Source: Vulcanimicrobiota bacterium | GTDB lineage: Bacteria; Vulcanimicrobiota; Vulcanimicrobiia; Vulcanimicrobiales; Vulcanimicrobiaceae | Direction: 5' to 3' | DNA: 64,000 nt | Assembly: GCA_963695225.1 (NCBI GenBank) | Contig: OY968762.1 | Location: 1,472,001-1,536,000, forward strand | Made by a program: the position numbers and the translations under genes | Shown here: piece by piece, positions 59,587 through 64,000 of the stretch | Layout: every line of letters begins with the position of its first letter | Numbering within the stretch: position 1 is the first letter of the stretch | The notes under the pieces: model-generated | Database searches by the model: none | What the model saw: only the letters and a program-made list of their open reading frames with translations | Told to the model about the DNA's origin: nothing

Positions 59587-60072
59587 ATGAATAGTGGACC
59601 CACGTTGAGTCTCGGGGCGGCCGGTCAGGACGTCCGGCGCGTTCAGCGCATTCTGGTCATGATGAAGCTGCTCGGCCCGGCGGACATCGACGGCTCCTTC
59701 GGACCCGTTACGAAAGCGGCGGTCATCGCATTCCAAACGGGCCAGATGCTCGTCGCCGACGGGATCGTCGGCCCCGCGACGTGGAACTCGCTCCCGGCCG
59801 ATCCGAACACGCCGGAACTCGCGGCGGGATCGACGGGAGCGGTCGTCGCCGCTCTACAAAAGGCGCTCCTCAAATACGGCGGAGCCGGCTCGCCCACCGA
59901 TCCCGGCCCGACCGACGGCGATTTCGGCCCGCAGACGGATGCGGCGGTACGCGCCTACCAGACGCAGCGCGGCGTGACCGTGGACGGGATCGTCGGAGAC
60001 GAAACCTGGTGGGCCCCGGCCGGCGCGGCGGGCGCGACGCTCGCCTCCCTGGCCGGGCTGACGACGATCTAA
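59587..60072 (+). CDS. Protein with two PG_binding_1-like peptidoglycan-binding domains
   Basis: DG.FGP.T.AAV.A(F/Y)Q....DGIVG..TW twice; GAGGGAGG RBS. Confidence 0.85.
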   Translation: MNSGPTLSLGAAGQDVRRVQRILVMMKLLGPADIDGSFGPVTKAAVIAFQTGQMLVADGIVGPATWNSLPADPNTPELAAGSTGAVVAALQKALLKYGGAGSPTDPGPTDGDFGPQTDAAVRAYQTQRGVTVDGIVGDETWWAPAGAAGATLASLAGLTTI

Positions 60073-60090
60073 ACCGCTAGCGCAGCCGTG

Positions 60091-60486
60091 TCACGAGCGG
60101 ACGTCTGCCGGATTCCAGCGTTCGCTCGTGACGCCGGCCGCATACATGCGCTCGTACTCCACGCGGTTCGGAGAAAAGATGTCTAGAACCACGCACCGTT
60201 CCGTGAAGCGCGCGCCGTGCGGGATGCCACGGCGCACGACGTACGCGTCGCCCGGGCGCAGCGTCGTCTCTCCGCCGTCGGCATACCGCATGTGGATCGA
60301 ACCCTCGATCACGATCCCGCCCTGCGCGGGCTCGTGTTCGTGCATCGGAACGACGCCGCACTCGGGCGGTTGGAAAACCCAGTACACGAGCGTCATCCCG
60401 TCGCCGGGCAAAACCGCCCATGAAATCCCAGGAGAGAACGGCCGCAGCGCCGTCCCCGCAGGCAAAACCCCATGCGTCGCTTCCAT
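60091..60486 (-). CDS. Cupin domain protein
   Basis: PMHEHEPAQ, PGD...PHG, DIFSP. Confidence 0.82.
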   Translation of the reverse strand: MEATHGVLPAGTALRPFSPGISWAVLPGDGMTLVYWVFQPPECGVVPMHEHEPAQGGIVIEGSIHMRYADGGETTLRPGDAYVVRRGIPHGARFTERCVVLDIFSPNRVEYERMYAAGVTSERWNPADVRS

Positions 60487-60513
60487 CCGTCCGCTCCTCT
60501 CTAGAGTGGCCCG

Positions 60514-61713
60514 CTAACCGGCCTCGACCGGGGCCGCGAGCAGGTCGGGCCGCACGTGCGTCCACGTGAGCAGCTCACGCGCCCGGGCCGCTCGCGTAAG
60601 CGCTTCCTCGAGCGTCGGCGCGTGGATCGTCAGGTGCCCCATCTTCCGGCGAGGCGGGGCGTGCTTCTTGCCGTAGAGATGCAGCTTCAGGCACGGATCG
60701 CGCAGCAATTCCGGAATGTGCTCGAGGTAGTTGCCCGTCCCTTGCCCGAGGATGTTGATCATCACCGAAGGTTCGAGCAGCCGCGATTCGATCAGCGGGA
60801 GATTGCAGATCGCGCGCACGTGCGCTTCGTACTGCGAGACGGTCATCGTATCGAGCGAGTAGTGGCCGCTGTTGTGGACGCGCGGGGCGATTTCGTTGAC
60901 GTAGATCTTCCCGTCGCGCACGAAGAACTCGACGCAATACGCGCCGATCAAACCGAGCTTTTCGCCGATGAGGAGCGTCGCGGCGCGCGCCTCGGCCGCG
61001 ATCTCCTCGCTGACGCGTGCGGGAACGATCGCCGTGACGAGGATCCCGTGATCGTGCGTGTTCTCGCTGATCGGGAAGACGATCTGCTCCCCGCCGGCGC
61101 CGCGGGCTGCGATCACCGAGATCTCGCAGTCGAACGGGACGAACGATTCCGCGAGGAGTTGCAGCGGGAACGGATGGACCGAAGCGGCAGCGCGCGCGAT
61201 CGCTTGCGCGAGCGCCGCTTCGCCTTCTTCGGGCGTGCGCACGATCCACTGGCTCTTGCCGTCGTACCCGCCGAACGCGGTCTTGAGAACGAGCGGCAAT
61301 CCGAGCCGTGCGTACGCCGCCTCCAAATCGTAGACGCCGCGAACGACGTGCAAACCCGCCGTGCGCAAGCCGATATCGTGTGCGAACGTCTTCTCGGTCC
61401 CGCGATTCTGCGTGATCCGCAACACTTCGCTGCTCGGCCGAACGACGTGACCTTCGCGCTCGAGAAAATGCACCGAATGGAGCGGGATGTTTTCGAATTC
61501 GTAGGTGACGACGTCGCTCTCTGCACCGAGTTCCGCGATCGCTTCCAAATCGTCGTAGGGCGCGACGATCTGCTTATCGGCGACTTGGCCGCACGGCGAA
61601 TCCGGGAGCGGTTCGAGCGTGACGACCCGAAAACCCATGCGCTTGGCTTCGAGGGTGAGCATCCGCCCGAGTTGGCCGCCTCCGAGGACGCCGATCGTTG
61701 CCGGGATGCTCAT
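60514..61713 (-). CDS. purK: N5-CAIR synthase
   Basis: [39 protein letters not shown]. Confidence 0.95.
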   Translation of the reverse strand: MSIPATIGVLGGGQLGRMLTLEAKRMGFRVVTLEPLPDSPCGQVADKQIVAPYDDLEAIAELGAESDVVTYEFENIPLHSVHFLEREGHVVRPSSEVLRITQNRGTEKTFAHDIGLRTAGLHVVRGVYDLEAAYARLGLPLVLKTAFGGYDGKSQWIVRTPEEGEAALAQAIARAAASVHPFPLQLLAESFVPFDCEISVIAARGAGGEQIVFPISENTHDHGILVTAIVPARVSEEIAAEARAATLLIGEKLGLIGAYCVEFFVRDGKIYVNEIAPRVHNSGHYSLDTMTVSQYEAHVRAICNLPLIESRLLEPSVMINILGQGTGNYLEHIPELLRDPCLKLHLYGKKHAPPRRKMGHLTIHAPTLEEALTRAARARELLTWTHVRPDLLAAPVEAG

Positions 61714-62189
61714 AGTTCGATCGCCTCGACTTTCGCGGTCTGGGCCGCAGCGTGCGCGTACAGGCGTTCCGCAAGCGGCGGATCTTCGAGTGCGAGGATG
61801 CGCGCCGCAAAGAGCGCCGCGTTCGTCGCGTTCCCGATCGCCATCGTCGCGACCGGAACGCCGGCCGGCATCTGCGCGATCGAGAGGAGGGAATCGAGCC
61901 CGTTCAAGTTCGACGAGCGGACGGGCACTCCGATCACCGGGAGCAGCGTCTTCGCAGCGGCCATCCCCGGAAGGTGTGCGGCGCCCCCCGCTCCGGCGAT
62001 GATCACGCGGATGCCGCGCCCGGCGGCTCCCTCCGCGTAGCGAAACAACAAATCTGGGGTGCGGTGCGCCGAAACGACGCGCATCTCGTGCGCGATGGCG
62101 AGTTCGGTCAGCGTCGTCGAGGCCGAGCGCATCGTTTCCAGATCGGAGAGACTGCCCATGATGATGCCGACGCGGGGTTGATCGCTCAT
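61710..62189 (-). CDS. purE: N5-CAIR mutase
   Basis: [34 protein letters not shown]. Confidence 0.96.
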   Translation of the reverse strand: MSDQPRVGIIMGSLSDLETMRSASTTLTELAIAHEMRVVSAHRTPDLLFRYAEGAAGRGIRVIIAGAGGAAHLPGMAAAKTLLPVIGVPVRSSNLNGLDSLLSIAQMPAGVPVATMAIGNATNAALFAARILALEDPPLAERLYAHAAAQTAKVEAIEL

Positions 62190-62261
62190 AGCCGGTTCGC
62201 TTCGCCCGGCTCGAAGGGGCGACCTCGATTCCACGGTAACTCGTCGCGTAGGAGGGTCGAG

Positions 62262-63572
62262 ATGGCAGGCGGGCGCGCGATGATCGTCACCGGTGCGTCG
62301 TCCGGGATCGGCCGGGCGCTTGCGGAACGAGCGGCCCGGGCCGCATACGGCGTCCTTGCGGTCGGCCGCCGGGCGGACCGGCTCGACGAACTCGTAAGGA
62401 ACGCCGCCGCGCACGGCGGGGTCGTGGTCCCGCTCGCGCTGGATCTGCGCGAACCCGGCGCACCGGAACGGATCGTCGCCGCGGCGGTGGAACGGTTCGG
62501 CCGCATCGACGTCCTCGTCAACAACGCCGGTGGAGCGAGCGCGGGGTCCCTCACGCTGCAATCCGACGGCGCACTCCGCGAGCAATTCGAAACGCACGTG
62601 TTCGTGCCGCTCGCGCTCTTGCGCGAGGCGCTCGATCCGCTCCGGGCGAGCCGCGGGCACGTCTTCTTCATCGGCTCCGGAGTCGCGCGCGTCCCGGTCT
62701 CGGGCCTCGGCGCGTATCCCAGCGCGAAGGCCGCCGTCCGCTCCCTCTCGCGCACCGTGCGCAACGAGCTGCGGAGCGAAGGCATCGCCGTTACGTACGT
62801 CGATCCGGGCGCCGTCGATACGGAGTTCATGGCGCGCGCCGGGATGGCGCCCGCGCCGCGCTCGATCCTCGTTTCGGCGCACGAGGTCGCCCGGAAGATC
62901 TTCAACGCGATCGGGACGGACCGGCGCGTCGTGAACGCCGTGCCTTGGCAGACGGCCTTCGTCGCGCTCGCCGAGCATTTCCCGCAGCTGACCGACTCGC
63001 TGCTCGCTCGAGCGCCGCAGCTCGTCGGCGGCGCCGCGCTCCCCGCGCGACCGCCGAGCCTCGCACCGCTTCCCGGCATTCCGCTCGAGAGCGCCGCTCC
63101 GCCGATTCCGGCTCAGAGCCCGCAGCCGCCGGCGCCGCCGGAAAGCCCGGCAAGCGTACCGCCCGAGGCAGCCGGCACGCCGGAGCCCCCCGATGAGCCG
63201 CCGCTGCCCCAAGCGCCCGGCGCGCCGCCGGAACCCGCCGAACCGGCGGAGCCCCCGCCTCCCGAAGGCGAGGCGTTCGCTCGGGGACGCGCGGCGCTCG
63301 CGCCGCCGCGCAGCGCGCTCGAGGTCGCGCTGGCGTTGCACGCCGCACGCATGCGCAAGCTGAATCTCACCCTCGATTTCGTCGTGAGCCTGCTGGTGCC
63401 GGGGGCGGAGCTCGAACTCGGCGAGGTCGCGATGCGTTGGGCCGGAATGCCGAACAAGAACGAACGCGCCGTGACGCTCGACGTCCTCAACGCGCTCGCC
63501 GACGCGCGTTTCCTTGCACGCGAAGGGACGCATCGCTATCGCGTCCTCCACCCGGCGGAAGCGACGCCCTAA
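62262..63572 (+). CDS. SDR oxidoreductase with Pro-rich linker and extra C-terminal domain
   Basis: [33 protein letters not shown]. Confidence 0.85.
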   Translation: MAGGRAMIVTGASSGIGRALAERAARAAYGVLAVGRRADRLDELVRNAAAHGGVVVPLALDLREPGAPERIVAAAVERFGRIDVLVNNAGGASAGSLTLQSDGALREQFETHVFVPLALLREALDPLRASRGHVFFIGSGVARVPVSGLGAYPSAKAAVRSLSRTVRNELRSEGIAVTYVDPGAVDTEFMARAGMAPAPRSILVSAHEVARKIFNAIGTDRRVVNAVPWQTAFVALAEHFPQLTDSLLARAPQLVGGAALPARPPSLAPLPGIPLESAAPPIPAQSPQPPAPPESPASVPPEAAGTPEPPDEPPLPQAPGAPPEPAEPAEPPPPEGEAFARGRAALAPPRSALEVALALHAARMRKLNLTLDFVVSLLVPGAELELGEVAMRWAGMPNKNERAVTLDVLNALADARFLAREGTHRYRVLHPAEATP

Positions 63573-63597
63573 CGAACGCGTCGGCGCCGCGCGGCGC

Positions 63598-64000
63598 TCA
63601 CCAGTAGACGACGCCGCGCTTATCGGTCTTGTCGAACTTCGCGAAGACTTGCGGCGTGCTTGCGAAGAGATGCTCGAGATCGGCGATGCGCGCTTGGTCG
63701 AGCGGATGCGAGCGCAACCAGAGCGAGCCTTTGTCGCCGTAGACTTCCATCATCGTGCGGAAGAACCAAATCAATCCGTAGGGGTTCAGCACGTTCGTCG
63801 CGGCGGCGATGCGCGCGCCTTCTTCATCCGCCTGCGCTTCGATATGGCGCGAAACGTTGAGATCTTGCGCGGTCATCGCGGTATCGAGCGCATAGCTCGA
63901 GCCGATGGAAGCGATCGGTCCGAGAAAGATCTGCCCGAGGATTTCGCCGATCGTCCCGATCCCCCCGACGATGTTCTGATTCTTGATGCGCTTCGCCACG
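63598..64000 (-). CDS. M48-family peptidase-like protein, C-terminal part (truncated by the window)
   Basis: [18 protein letters not shown]...RI. Confidence 0.65.
   Translation of the reverse strand, partial: VAKRIKNQNIVGGIGTIGEILGQIFLGPIASIGSSYALDTAMTAQDLNVSRHIEAQADEEGARIAAATNVLNPYGLIWFFRTMMEVYGDKGSLWLRSHPLDQARIADLEHLFASTPQVFAKFDKTDKRGVVYW

Overview
High-GC bacterial chromosomal segment, mostly core and metabolic genes. A red-type RuBisCO, hemQ, a Bacillus-like phaQ and pyrK/pyrD are consistent with a Terrabacteria soil lineage such as Ca. Eremiobacterota/Vulcanimicrobiota (inference). Contents in order: sugar-binding lipoprotein, PLP Cys/Met enzyme, methyltransferase, comM, TetR plus FAD oxidoreductase, a TerY-P/yegLKI-type vWA-PP2C-kinase triad, ygiD, prk-cbbL-cbbS-cbbX, nrdR-dut-panE-hemQ, dprA, a four-gene array of paralogous secreted proteins (three with homologous ~300-bp leaders), rlmH-argS-aldehyde dehydrogenase, hisC, pyrK-D-F-E, an ECF sigma/two-component cluster, maoC plus phaQ-phasin, DUF1800/DUF1501, leucine-degradation genes, a peptide ABC cassette, an MsrPQ-like pair, purE-purK and an SDR fusion. 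Most notable: (1) the paralog array with swapped N-termini and conserved leaders; (2) a ~163-bp palindromic element present twice, 37 kb apart, with compensatory base-pair changes; (3) argS with a VVVQ in place of HIGH; (4) a CTG-initiated nrdR with tandem NrdR-box-like sites; (5) three small ORFs missing from the ORF track. No rRNA, tRNA, CRISPR array or transposase was recognised.
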